Source: Tubulanus polymorphus
Taxonomy: Eukaryota > Animalia > Nemertea
Length of the DNA stretch: 64,000 nt
Reading direction: 5' to 3'
NCBI RefSeq assembly: GCF_964204645.1
Contig: NC_134035.1
Coordinates: forward strand, 13,176,451-13,240,450
The first letter of the stretch is position 1. Every line of letters begins with the position of its first letter. Made by a program: the position numbers and the translations under genes. The notes below the pieces were generated by a model. It did no database searches. It had not been told where the DNA came from and saw only the letters and a program-made list of their open reading frames with translations. Shown here one piece after another: positions 1 to 13,100 of the stretch.

Positions 1-284
1 ATGCCCTCAATATTCAAATTAACATATAATGATGTATATCCAAAAACAAAGGTTTTAGAATCTCCATTTTGACACAGCAGCTATCAGTAAACAACTGTAA
101 TAGTAACAATATCGACCAGTGCATAATTCCTCATTAAATGACAAAACCATTTAATAATGCTTTTTCTAAAGTGTCACCTCCCCAGTAACCCGGATGTAGC
201 TTGTTGCCTGCTGGTGAGGGAGTCCACCTACCGGCGCTTCGACTAACTAAAATGCTTGACGTATTGCTTGGGTTTTTATTGTAG

Positions 285-2926
285 AATTATTGGTACTGGA
301 ATCCTTCAAAGTCAAAGGACAATAATAGTTCCTTATTTTTAGCAATCCCGGATCAGTCAACCCCGAACGGCATGGTAAGATAGACCACAGATAAATGCAG
401 CACTCACTAGTCTTTAGCCGCACGTTTCGATCAAAGAGATCGTCACAGTTTAAAATTAGTTAGCAAATTAAAGATGAATTTCTTTACTTAAGTTACCGGT
501 TATTAGAAACATTTTATACTCACATTTAGAAATACTATGCAAATATGAGTTGTGTTAATCAGTAGTGATGTTCCATCGTGTATTTGATTCGACACACGAG
601 AATATGATGAACTTATACAAATAAAAATACCATCCATACACGGTGTATTTGCTCAATATATCTGAACTTTCATCGTTTTAAGCACCGAGCAAATCCTTTT
701 TAATTATTAGCTAAGGTGATAGCCAGGAAAAATTCCACAGTAAGTTGTTAACATTTGATTCCTAGAGTTAAAACATTGTAAGCGAACCTATTCAATATCT
801 ACGGTCAATCTCAACCGGGAACTGTATAAGAACCGGCCTCACATTTGGCGCAATCGAACCTTGATCATTTCTAAATTTCTCCGGATTTTATACTAAACGT
901 GAAAACCAGGTAGCCACTGTATAGATTAAATCATTCATCAGAAATAACGAGCTTTATCAGGTAAATTATTAACGTCAATGAAGTCAGTACTTTATGGATG
1001 TTATTTCTCCATTCTAATAAAATCAGTTCACCTACACAGTTCTACCTATTTTCTTCACGTTCTAATAGAAGTTGATACCAGGTTGACGCGGCTCCTCTAA
1101 CACTCGTCTGCTGATATTTTGAATATGTAGGTTTTCGGAGGTAATAACGATAAGGACACGGCTCGTCATCACTACCTAAACGCGCCGTTTATAGCGAGAT
1201 TTATCCGCTTTCACCCGGTGGAATGGCAGGATCAGATCGCAATGAGAGCAGGACTCATCGGATGTCCGTACAACGGTTAGTGTTCTACTCACAGAAACGA
1301 CTAATACACCAACTACAATAACAGACAAATCCTTCTAGTCAGTTGAACCTCTGAATTCTATCACGATGATTTATTATGATAAACGATTTTGTTGAACCAG
1401 TCTAAGAATATCAGATCTCAAACTGTCACGTGATTTGATCGTTTCAATTCCGAGTGACTCGGAGAGTAGCGTCAATATTAAAGAAACGACTGTCACAATA
1501 TACATTTTTTGTTTGTGAATATTTTTAGGCGAATGCGGAGAAGGCTTTATGAAAATAAACCCCGACACTCCCTGCAGTAAGTACCGCAATGTTCAAACGA
1601 ATATTTCACCGGTTCATCATAAAAATCGAAAACTGAAATTTCTTCCGATTTTCTCTCTAGTTGAGAATATGGCGTTCAAAAAGAGATCGTGGATTCAAAC
1701 TCAACCGTCATTGAGTAAACGTCATTTGAGGAAAGGTGATTGGTTGAACGGTCAGGCGGCCAGGGCTGTAGACGGTAAACTGGATAATAATTTACACAGT
1801 TGCGCAATACTCGATAACTCAAAGGTCAGTCCCGCTGTAGATTACGTGCCTATAACTTCAGTGTGCACCAACATTTAGGTAGACCCGGAAGGGAGTCCCA
1901 TACTCCCATGGGGGAGTAGTATCTATCTATCTATTGGACCACTGAGGGCTCAGAAAGTTTTAAGATACACTCTTGTTTCTGATTGAAGATATCGAAGCCG
2001 GTCTGGATGGTCGATCTGGGAACGAAAACTAAAGTGTCCGGTGTCATCATCTACACGTGGCAGGGAAACAGCGCCGAGCAACTTCAAACGCGCAGATACA
2101 CTCACAGACTACAACAACAACAACAACCTGATACACGCGGTATCAAAGGTAACTTAGAACCGCGTCATATTGGCCGTCAACTGAGACTTATACTTCGGTC
2201 ATGGCATACAGTTAAGACCAGTATAAGACCATCTTTTTATTGTCAATCTAATAACCTTAATACTAGTCTTAAGATTAAAGAACACTTTCTTTTGAACTTA
2301 AGTCTTGACTGCGGAACTGGCCTCTGTTCAGTTTATTAAATTCTAGTAGCAGGACCCAGTTACAGATTTTGACTCAGAGTTAACTCATTGAAAATGAACG
2401 GATTTTAACTCGGAGTTAACTCTAACTCAGAACTATGGAACTGGGCATTCTCGAATGTCAGATTTATCTCAGAACCGTAGAATTGGATCCTGAGTTCAGA
2501 GTTGACTTTGACTCTCAACCCTGTGGCACTATACGCCCATGCTCTAACTCCATCCATGGAATCGGATTAAGATTCACAATTCACATTCTATTAGTTTTAT
2601 ATCGTCACACTTTAATATTTTTATGTTTTCTCTTTGTTTCTCTACCTGCGCCAGATCCTGAATACAGATACAGAGACTACACGTATAATCTGGACCGTTT
2701 AACCGTTTACGTCGACACGAAAAAGAAACGACCGAATATTCACATCCCCGAAAACAAGTGCGGATTCGTGACGCGTTTGAATCACGCTCTGTTCAGACCG
2801 CGGTTACATCTCGAATGCGTCAGGCCGCTGAAAGGTCGCTACGTGTTCATCGAAGCGGTCGGCGTCGCCAAAAAGTGGAATACAATATTCAGCGCCGTGT
2901 TGTGCGAAGTGATGGTCTATTCGTAG
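285..2926 (+). CDS. 5'-partial gene: F5/8 type C (discoidin) domain followed by a divergent F-type-lectin-like domain; exons 285-374 (tentative), 1131-1275, 1529-1576, 1661-1824, 1989-2148, 2655-2926
   Basis: All junctions are GT-AG with matching phases (0,1,1,0,1). 1131-1275 reads VFGGNNDKDTARHHYLNAPFIARFIRFHPVEWQDQIAMRAGLIGC, the FA58C C-terminal motif. Later exons read ENMAFKK..ARAVDG..SCAILDNSKISKPVWMVDLG..C..C..GRYVFI..LCEVMVYS*, F-type lectin fold motifs. The first exon is supported only by splice sites and an open frame. Confidence 0.85.
2351..2447. mobile_element. Harbinger-like MITE family A (TIR ~GGACCCAGTTCCACAGT) in an intron of gene 1
   Basis: GGACCCAGTT...GGAACTGGGC ends; internal GAGTTAACTCATTGAAAATGAA shared with copies at 25569-25676 and 48158-48263. 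Confidence 0.6.
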
Positions 2927-4891
2927 GTGAACTCGCTGCAGAAACAATGACTCGAAAACCTTTCTCAAAACTCGCGAAATACATAAACTCAAAAACTATT
3001 TCGTATGCTGACCGCCATATTGGATTTTGTCATCGAGTCTCACGAGACTCTGGACGAGATCACGCGCGATCCAAGAAGGCTGATCGATCGTGGAATAAGT
3101 GTATTAAATGCAAATTTCAAATAATGAGATCTAAAACTGTGGAAAAGCTTCATTTCTGGACGTTTTTGGGAGGTTTTTCTTACCGTTCAAGACTTATTTA
3201 TAGTGTTGGTTTTTTAAACCTGTCAGTTTGTGTAATCCTGTTTAGAATTCGATATCAAGATTTTGTTTGAGTTTCGGTTGAACAAAGTGTAAAACTAGGA
3301 ACTCCACGCTGAAATATATAATATCATGATTGTAGTTTGACGATATGTGGAATTATTTTTCAAATATTGCTTGCTTTGTACTCGATGAATGAAATGTATC
3401 ATAAATAAGTGATTACTTATAATCAATTTTATTTGTAAATCGATATGACTTGTACTGTATTCATGTATTTCATGTATTTCATTGATATTTATATATAGAC
3501 ATCTATATTAGTATTAAGCGCATCATAGGAAACTTTGAGATTTCAGTTAAATATTCTTTTTACGAGAATATCAACTGATACGCGTCTCAGTTTATCAATT
3601 GAAGCAGAGTTTCGATAGATTTTTGAGATTCGTTTTTCAGAGACCCTTCGAACGTTTCTGATACAAACTAGAATCAAGGGTTATAGTCAGCAGCGTTATA
3701 GTCATGATTTGAAACATTGAAAATGATTTAATTTTAACCCTCCGATCACCGAGAACTGGGACCTGTATGCAAATTAAATACCATTTTGAAATATGTTGCT
3801 CTAATTGCCACAATGTCAACTATCCACTGTTTTACTTTAACATTATTGAGTTACTGCCCCCCTCCCCCGTGAAGGAAGAATGCTCAGATGACTTATTCAA
3901 CTTAGAATCATTGTCCAGTGGTCAGGTGTTCTGATATTTCTAGGCTTGGTCTCTCTCAGATTTTAGTCGCTTGCATGTTTTAAACGACGGGAGAGCCGTA
4001 TATTCACAGATCTTCTTCATCTTGTGCTACGGGAAATTACTATAAAAAAACAATAAATCCACCGTTTTGTAATGTATAGCCTGTAGATGAATGAATAATC
4101 AGATAGATAAAATAATTCAAGACAAATCTATGTAATCGACTTTTATTTCAATAATGGAAATTACTATTACTATCATCATTATTATTATTATAATTATAAT
4201 AATAATAATTATTATTACTATAATTATTATCATTATTGTTAATAAATAGAAAATTTATATAAAACATAAAATCTCTGTTGTTTTTAGATTTCTTTAGATA
4301 TCAGACGTCGGGATTTAGACATTCGATACTTATAGGGAAAGATTTCATAAAAATCCTTTTTCAGATTTTCAATGAACTGATAGAATTACTTCAATTATAC
4401 GAATCGGTGCCGGTTAAAAGAGGGGGATTTCAACAAAACATATATAACAAAAATCTATCTACTTCGCATCGTTTTATAAATCGCGTACGGTTGAACTTGT
4501 ATGGTCTCCAAAGATGATATTCTGAAAAGGGTCTGAGGAACTGAACACAGAAACGTTTTATAAACGATGTTTATTATTACTGCTTCTAATCAAACCGTTT
4601 ATGGTTTTGCAGAAAGCCTTAAAAAGTCGTTTAAAAATGTTTTTGCGATGTGGGTGTTTGATTGCCGAATGGGGGTTCTCAGATTGCCGATCGCCTAGAT
4701 ACCGCGTAATAAAGGTAAACATCATATGCCATAAAAGATATGCTGTAAAATCCCCGAACGACGCGACGACGTAAAACAATACAAGTGGAAAACGCGACCA
4801 CACGTATGGATGGCTATCCGTCATTTCAAATATAGATCAATCTAATTATGAATTCAAACCGGTTTTCGGCGGTAGTTTGCAGGAAGTACAT

Positions 4892-6608
<1,717 letters not shown>

Positions 6609-6691
6609 CGACGACGATATCACGTGACCGATATGAGGATCGTGGCCGGACGCATACGCTGCGCGATTGCGCAGGTACTCTGCGCAGGTTA

Positions 6692-6924
6692 GGCCACCTT
6701 CGGTTATCTGAGTTAGTCGACTATAGTCGAACTAAACGAAACTGAATGCCAGTTAGTCGGAACTATGGTCCGGAAATAGTCGACTACGGGATCGAGCACG
6801 GTCGCTATAGTTCGAACCTAGTTCATGGCCGGCACTGTGAAATACGTTACGACCGAACTATAGTGCGTTCGGTTATTAGTTCCGACCACTCCTAGTCGAC
6901 TAGCTACGAAAACCGAATTTGGCC
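6692..6924. mobile_element. MITE family B copy in the 3' UTR of the dispanin gene
   Basis: TIRs GGCCACCTTCGGTT / AACCGAATTTGGCC; diverged inverted copy at 20438-20658 and deleted copy at 28776-28856. Confidence 0.75.
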
Positions 6925-8237
6925 CAGGGTGTCGTGCCGTAAGAGTCTTACGATGCCGTCAGGTACTCGATCCCGTCCTGCTCAAGGAGTAATACTCGGG
7001 TCCATGATGTCAAGGTTCCATTTTGTTGGCTAGTATTTTAGACTGTTTTAGATTGGAACATTCTAAAGCGTTAACCTACACTAATTGTGGGACTGAGTAA
7101 AAACCACTGTCTCAATTTATCTTTTTTTAACTGTTTGTAAATAAATAAATCACATTATTTTTACTCCACGTGTTGTTATAGGTTTGTCTTTATGTTCATT
7201 ATTAACCGTCTTTGTGTCTAATGTCACTAGGATCGTAGAGCAACCGATATCGCAGTGGAAATAACCTCTTCCAGAACTTCATGCTGACCTAATTCTAAAT
7301 AAAACCAATCGTTGCGTTGCGTCGAGAAATTGTAACGTCGTTAATCGGCTGCGTTTGTCGATGCCCCGCCCCCTCAGTTTACTGAACCGTTAAAACTATT
7401 GTTTCTAGTGAAAACCCGAAAGTAAACCTCACACTAGAAATTACACACAAAAATTTCGAAGATTGACTTTTAATATGGAACATGTTCACGTGTTTGACCA
7501 GTTTTTTTATATATTTGATGATCAGTTAAAATTAAGCGATTCTAGTACAAAATCAATTTCAGAGGCTGCGTTGAGAGAGAGAGACAGAGAGAGATAGAGA
7601 CAGGTATGAGAGGATTCCATGTTTCAGCGCGTGTGACGTCATTTCCGTCAGTTGAACACGCGCACCGGGCTTGTCACGTGACGTTAACGGCTGGACTCGG
7701 TGTAAATGGAGAAACATTTATCGATTATTCCCAGTTCTGAAAACAGAAAACAAATAAAATAGGCCTACATGTTAATATGATACCTGGACACGCGCCGAAT
7801 ACGTCCGAATTATACCGAACAATGCCGAAGTTTTGTTGTCATGCTTTCGAGACATTTTATGCTCGATATATACGCCACTGAACAGTAAGCCCGATCACAC
7901 AAAGTCACCGATATCTGTAGCACAAAATACATGGCGGTTTATTACAATATTGCCTCAAGTGCACGAGGCCACTATTTTGGCGAAACTAACTTGGTTCCTA
8001 TAGTTTGAGAGGGATTTTCGAATTTTGAATGTGATAAGGGAAAATCCAATATACACGTCCGCTTGGACATTGCGCATTTAGTGTCACTCTTAAGAAAATA
8101 ATCATTAAATAAATTCTGTAATGAATATATATGAAATATAGCGAAAGTGAGAGAAGTCGGTGACTCAAAGTAATCGGGCTCCATGAGATGAATTTGTCAC
8201 TGGATAGAGAGAAGTAGGTAAGACTTGCAGCGCAGAA

Positions 8238-8344
8238 GGGCCCAGTTTCATGGTCGGGTTTATCTAAAGATTTGTTGGTGCAGTTGATAATCTAAACTTT
8301 AAACTCGTCTTAAGCGTAAACTTGGTTTTCATGAAACTGAACCC
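8238..8344. mobile_element. Harbinger-like MITE
   Basis: TIRs GGGCCCAGTTTCATG / CATGAAACTGAACCC. Confidence 0.6.
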
Positions 8345-8512
8345 TGATCAGTAATTCATGCAATTATAAACCGCAGCATAAAACAGTCAGCAATCTAAAA
8401 CCGCGCTACGATGTGTAGGGAGAATCTTACACTGATAAAACGAGAAAAATGAAGCCCGGATGGTTCTCCATTCAGTATTCCTGAATACCTGAACGTATTA
8501 GATTTTTAAATT

Positions 8513-8882
8513 ACTTGGGGCACAGAAAATGGGAACATTTGGAGGGCGAAGGGGAAAATAAAAATAGAAATAAACATTTTTTTATGATAAGCGTTTCAAA
8601 ATGAAAGGGACCGCGTATTTTCCATGCACATACAACCTCGGAAGGACTGCAGAAAAAAATTGAAAAGGTGTGGAAAAATTGTTATAAATATCATTCAAAT
8701 GATGGGAGAAATGAAGAAAAAAGACTATAACTTTTTTGCAAATCATAAGATTTAAAATTGATATGAACACAACTTTTACAAGTAACTAGTTTGAAAAAAA
8801 TCACGGACAAAAATTGTGATGGAAACACAAAGAAGGACTATAAAAACTTTTTTTGATTTGATGTTTGATCCGTGCCCCAAGT
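8513..8882. mobile_element. MITE-like element with ACTTGGGGCAC termini
   Basis: ACTTGGGGCACAGA ... TCCGTGCCCCAAGT inverted ends around an AT-rich interior; no clear TSD. Confidence 0.5.
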
Positions 8883-9320
8883 GAAAAAAAACTTTAGGGT
8901 ATAGTAGAAGCGCCGAATCAATTAAATGATTAGCTTTTCGGACTTCATCTTTCTCGTTATATCAATGTGGCATTAGTTATCATTTCATCCAGACATTTTC
9001 CAATTCATGACATTTTCGGGGGGTTTTAGATTGCGACCATTTTGTACTCATTAGAAACATATAAGGCATTGAATTTTGTTTTTCGAGAAAGAAAGGAAGC
9101 GCAGATAGAATCATTCATTAGCGTCGCATTCAAGAGATTTTACTTTAGTGAAAATAAAGTGCTTCCCGAAAAAAAACAGTCAATTCTTCATCGTCGCAAA
9201 CACATCTCATGTTCGACAGTTCTATAGCTGTACAAGTTTCCGTATGAAGAGATAGAAAAGATTTCGTAGATTCGATTTGAAAAAGATAGAATTGTTTGAC
9301 CATCAGCATGGGTGCAACAA

Positions 9321-9825
9321 TACTGCACCCAGTTCCACAGTTCTGGACCCAGTTCTACAGTACTGAACCTAGTTCCACAGTTCTGGACACAGTTCCACAG
9401 TTCTGCACCCAGTTCCACAGTTCTGGACCCAGTTCCACAGTACTGAACCCAGTTCCACAGTTCTGGACCCAGTTCCACAGTTCTGGACCCAGTTCCACAG
9501 TTCTGCACCCAGTTCCACAGTTCTGGACCCAGTTCTACAGTACTGAACCTAGTTCCACAGTTCTGGACCCAGTTCCACAGTTCTGGACCCAGTTCCACAG
9601 TACTGAACCCAGTTCCACAGTTCTGGACCCAGTTCTACAGTACTGAACCTAGTTCCACAGTTCTGGACCCAGTTCCACAGTTCTGGACCCAGTTCCACAG
9701 TACTGAACCCAGTTCCACAGTTCTGGACCCAGTTCCACAGTACTGAACCCAGTTCCACAGTTCTGGACACAGTTCTACAGTACTGAACCCAGTTTTACAG
9801 TTCTGGACCCAGTTCCACAGTTCTG
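9321..9825. repeat. 20-bp minisatellite (~25 copies) equal to the MITE family A TIR
   Basis: Tandem GGACCCAGTTCCACAGTTCT and variants. Confidence 0.95.
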
Positions 9826-10141
9826 TTTAAAGATTTGGCCCTTGATAACAGTTCATCCTTACTTTGTTTTCAACTTGTATGTCTTAACTCACAATGTGAA
9901 ACTGGATTCAGTTTATGAATGTAAGTTTCACTCTTAGATTTTAAGAGCTTTCTGTATTCGTTATCACAGTTGTGAGTTAGGATTTAACTTTGAAAACAAA
10001 CCAATTATAACTCAGTTTTCTGTAACTCAGAACTGTGGAGCTGGGTTGTCCCTGGTTGCCGTGGATGCTGAGAGGATGCTTCCACCCATGCTTATGTCCA
10101 TACAATCGATGATGCTACATGCTCGGACAAGCGTTACCTAT

Positions 10142-13100
10142 CTATTCCAGAACTCCTTCATCTGAAACAGAGCATGATTCAAACTTATCAAAGAACAAAA
10201 CAAAAAGTGATTTTGAAAAACCATTGAAGATCTGGACAAATGAATAAACTTCCGTAGCTTTTTTTTAGAAAAATGTAATCCTTCTCTTTTTTGTCTCTAA
10301 AAATTTTTTTCCATATAGAAAATCACTCTTTTTTCTACATCGTACGATTATTTGCATGATTTCTTAAATTGTTAATCTTTCTATTCCCTGATTTCACAAT
10401 TCAAAGTTTATCTATTAAAGTTCATTTTTCCCCACAAATAAAATGCTCTGGAAACATACAAACTTCTTCATATAGCTCAAAATAGGGAATAGAATATCAT
10501 ATCATTGTTAACTGACCTTTTAGACGGAGATATCGGAGAAAGTCTTTCATCATCGAGACACCTTGGACTTTATTATTTCTGTTTATATTTCGTGCGTTTC
10601 CCAATAGCCTTTTGTTCATGTGACCCATTCCTGAATAAACCAGAATAGAAATATATCGATTTTCGCTGAAAACTGAACTGTTTTGCGCGCGTCAGGAAAG
10701 GCACATATCATTTTACCAGGGCATTTGGTTTTATTAACTAGTTACATTTTGAGATACTGGTTTAACTTTACATTTACAAACGCTACCTCCCATTCTACTG
10801 CCTTATCATGTACAAAATTCGAAAAATTGTCAGCGCCGTGGAGTAGTGTTAACCACTGTATAGGGGACCGAAAATAGTGTTGATGATAAAGGCAAACATC
10901 GTCTTACAAAGCTCGATAATATAAGATACGTAGAAAAAAAACGATGAAAAGAACAAAACCGGTATACAGATGACAAGCAGATGAACAAGTATTAGTTTCT
11001 GAACTACAGTAAGAATCGGGTTTGTATCAATATCACATCTTGTCTGATATCAATAGTGATAAATACATGTTATTAATTAATCAACCACGTTGTCAATCCG
11101 TATTGGTTATAAGCGTCTAGCTAATTTACTGACTAACAGCCACGATATCTCGCTATCTGTGTTTATCGAATATTTGCGCTCTAATTAATGGTTATCTAGA
11201 ACACGAATAAATACTGCTATAAAGAAGTCATGTTTCCGACGAGCTGTTGATTAGAAGTTATTCCGTATAAACCGATAATTGACAGGTGTAGAGCCAGACT
11301 ACCTCACCTCACCTCTTCCCAGCAGCTCGGAGGTAAGATTCGACTCTTGGAATTAACTTCATTGAAAGTGAAATGAGATGAATCTGAGTCGAAGCCTTAC
11401 TCCACGGAACTGGAGCTAGTGGATGGTATCACCACCAAATAGTACTTGAAAATACGTGTATTAGATATAGCGGAGTAAATTCGGAACAGAATTCGACATT
11501 CGAGTCGGTGTTTGCGGCAAATGCAATATAGATTCATGATACTCATATGAATTACTTACCATATAACCAAGCTCCGGGTATCATTACATTTCCTTGTTGT
11601 CTTCTTTCAAAACCAGTCGCTAGAATTATTGTACATCATAATAGATCCACTTCAACAGGGCATTGGCAGTTTGTTAGTTTTACTCAATAGATAACTCATC
11701 GAAAATGAATTAATTGTATCTCAGAGTTAGCCCTAACTCACAACTGTGGAACTGAATCCTGAGTTCAGAGTTAGCCCTAACTCACAACTGTGGAACTGGA
11801 TCCTGAGTTCAGAGTTAACTCTAACTCACAACTGTGAAAATGTATCCTTATTAAGTTAAAAAACTATTTTAGAAATCCACAGAATTGTGATTTTACATAT
11901 TCTGATTGAAAATGTCGATTCAGAAGGATATTCGAAAGGAAAACGTGCAAATTTTGAAGATCCTAAAAAAATGTGACGTATGCGCACATTACGGTCTCTC
12001 GTACATTGCATTTAACAACGACAGATGTTGAAATTGGCACACGCGAGTGAAAGCGCCAAAAAGTGCTTTCTGAAAATGTCACCGCTAACACAGTAGGTAT
12101 GAAACTCGATATTTTGCATTATTCCGATAATGAATTCCCATTTCATATCGAAAAGACAAAAATGATGACAAACATCATCTAAAGATCAGTTATCAGTCAC
12201 GTGTCTAACTCTTTCTGTGGTTCCTGTATCAAGAGAACGTTTTGAGGCCTCGGAAAACAATAGAAAACTAGATAGATAAAACGAGCTGGATTTATACCCG
12301 AGATACAACAGGGAGCCGACTGATTGTACTTACACGGAAAATCATCTTCCACGTCCTATAGAAATAAAAAAAAAAGAAATAAAAAGTTAATAGACAAATG
12401 AAACGAAGTTTCAAAGATTGAATTTCATCATTTAAAGACTGCGGCGACCTTGCACTGGTTCAATCCCTAGACTACTGATCGTATGTCGTTATTTTTGTGG
12501 TTTTTTGTGGTTTTTTTTGTCATTTTCTAACAAAAAATAGAACAAAACTCACGTTACGGCCATGGTAGAAATGTGACACTGTGACGATCGAGAACAGATG
12601 ATATCTTTAAATAGATCACTAGAGATCATCGTCACATACCGTCCAGACCATGATCTGTGATAGTTCGAACGTCGCCGTGTCTTATGATTTTAATACTTGA
12701 TAAATAAAATTCATTCTTAATCCTTTAAATTCTGTTTTTAGCGCATTGGGTTCTTCTAAGAAATGTGGCCGTATAAAGGCGTGGCCAATTTCTGAGAGGT
12801 GAAGTGAATGCTCTTGTAGTAAGCAGTCATTGAAGTTGTTGACTCGACGCTCTCCAATGTCAGGTGAGATCAGATGAGATGTTCGCAGAATCATATTCCT
12901 CTGCGGGATGGTAGTAAAGAAAAATGTATTTTGTGTTGGTTGTGAAGGGATTTTATATAATAGTTTTAAGTGATAAAATTTTCAAGTGAAGACATAATAA
13001 TGATATATAGGGATTTATTCATTTATAAAGCGCTGGACCCAGTTCCATAAGTCACATCATTAGATACGAACTTACTCTAAACTCGCGATTTAGCTCTAAG

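Noticed and set aside
7785-7857. Minus-strand ATG exon candidate MSRKHDNK..RVQ|GT
   Set aside because: No downstream exon found and no recognisable motif
9188-9770. ORFs with repeated VELGPELWNWVQ (also 31045-31397, 59499-60013)
   Set aside because: Translation of the 20-bp TIR minisatellite
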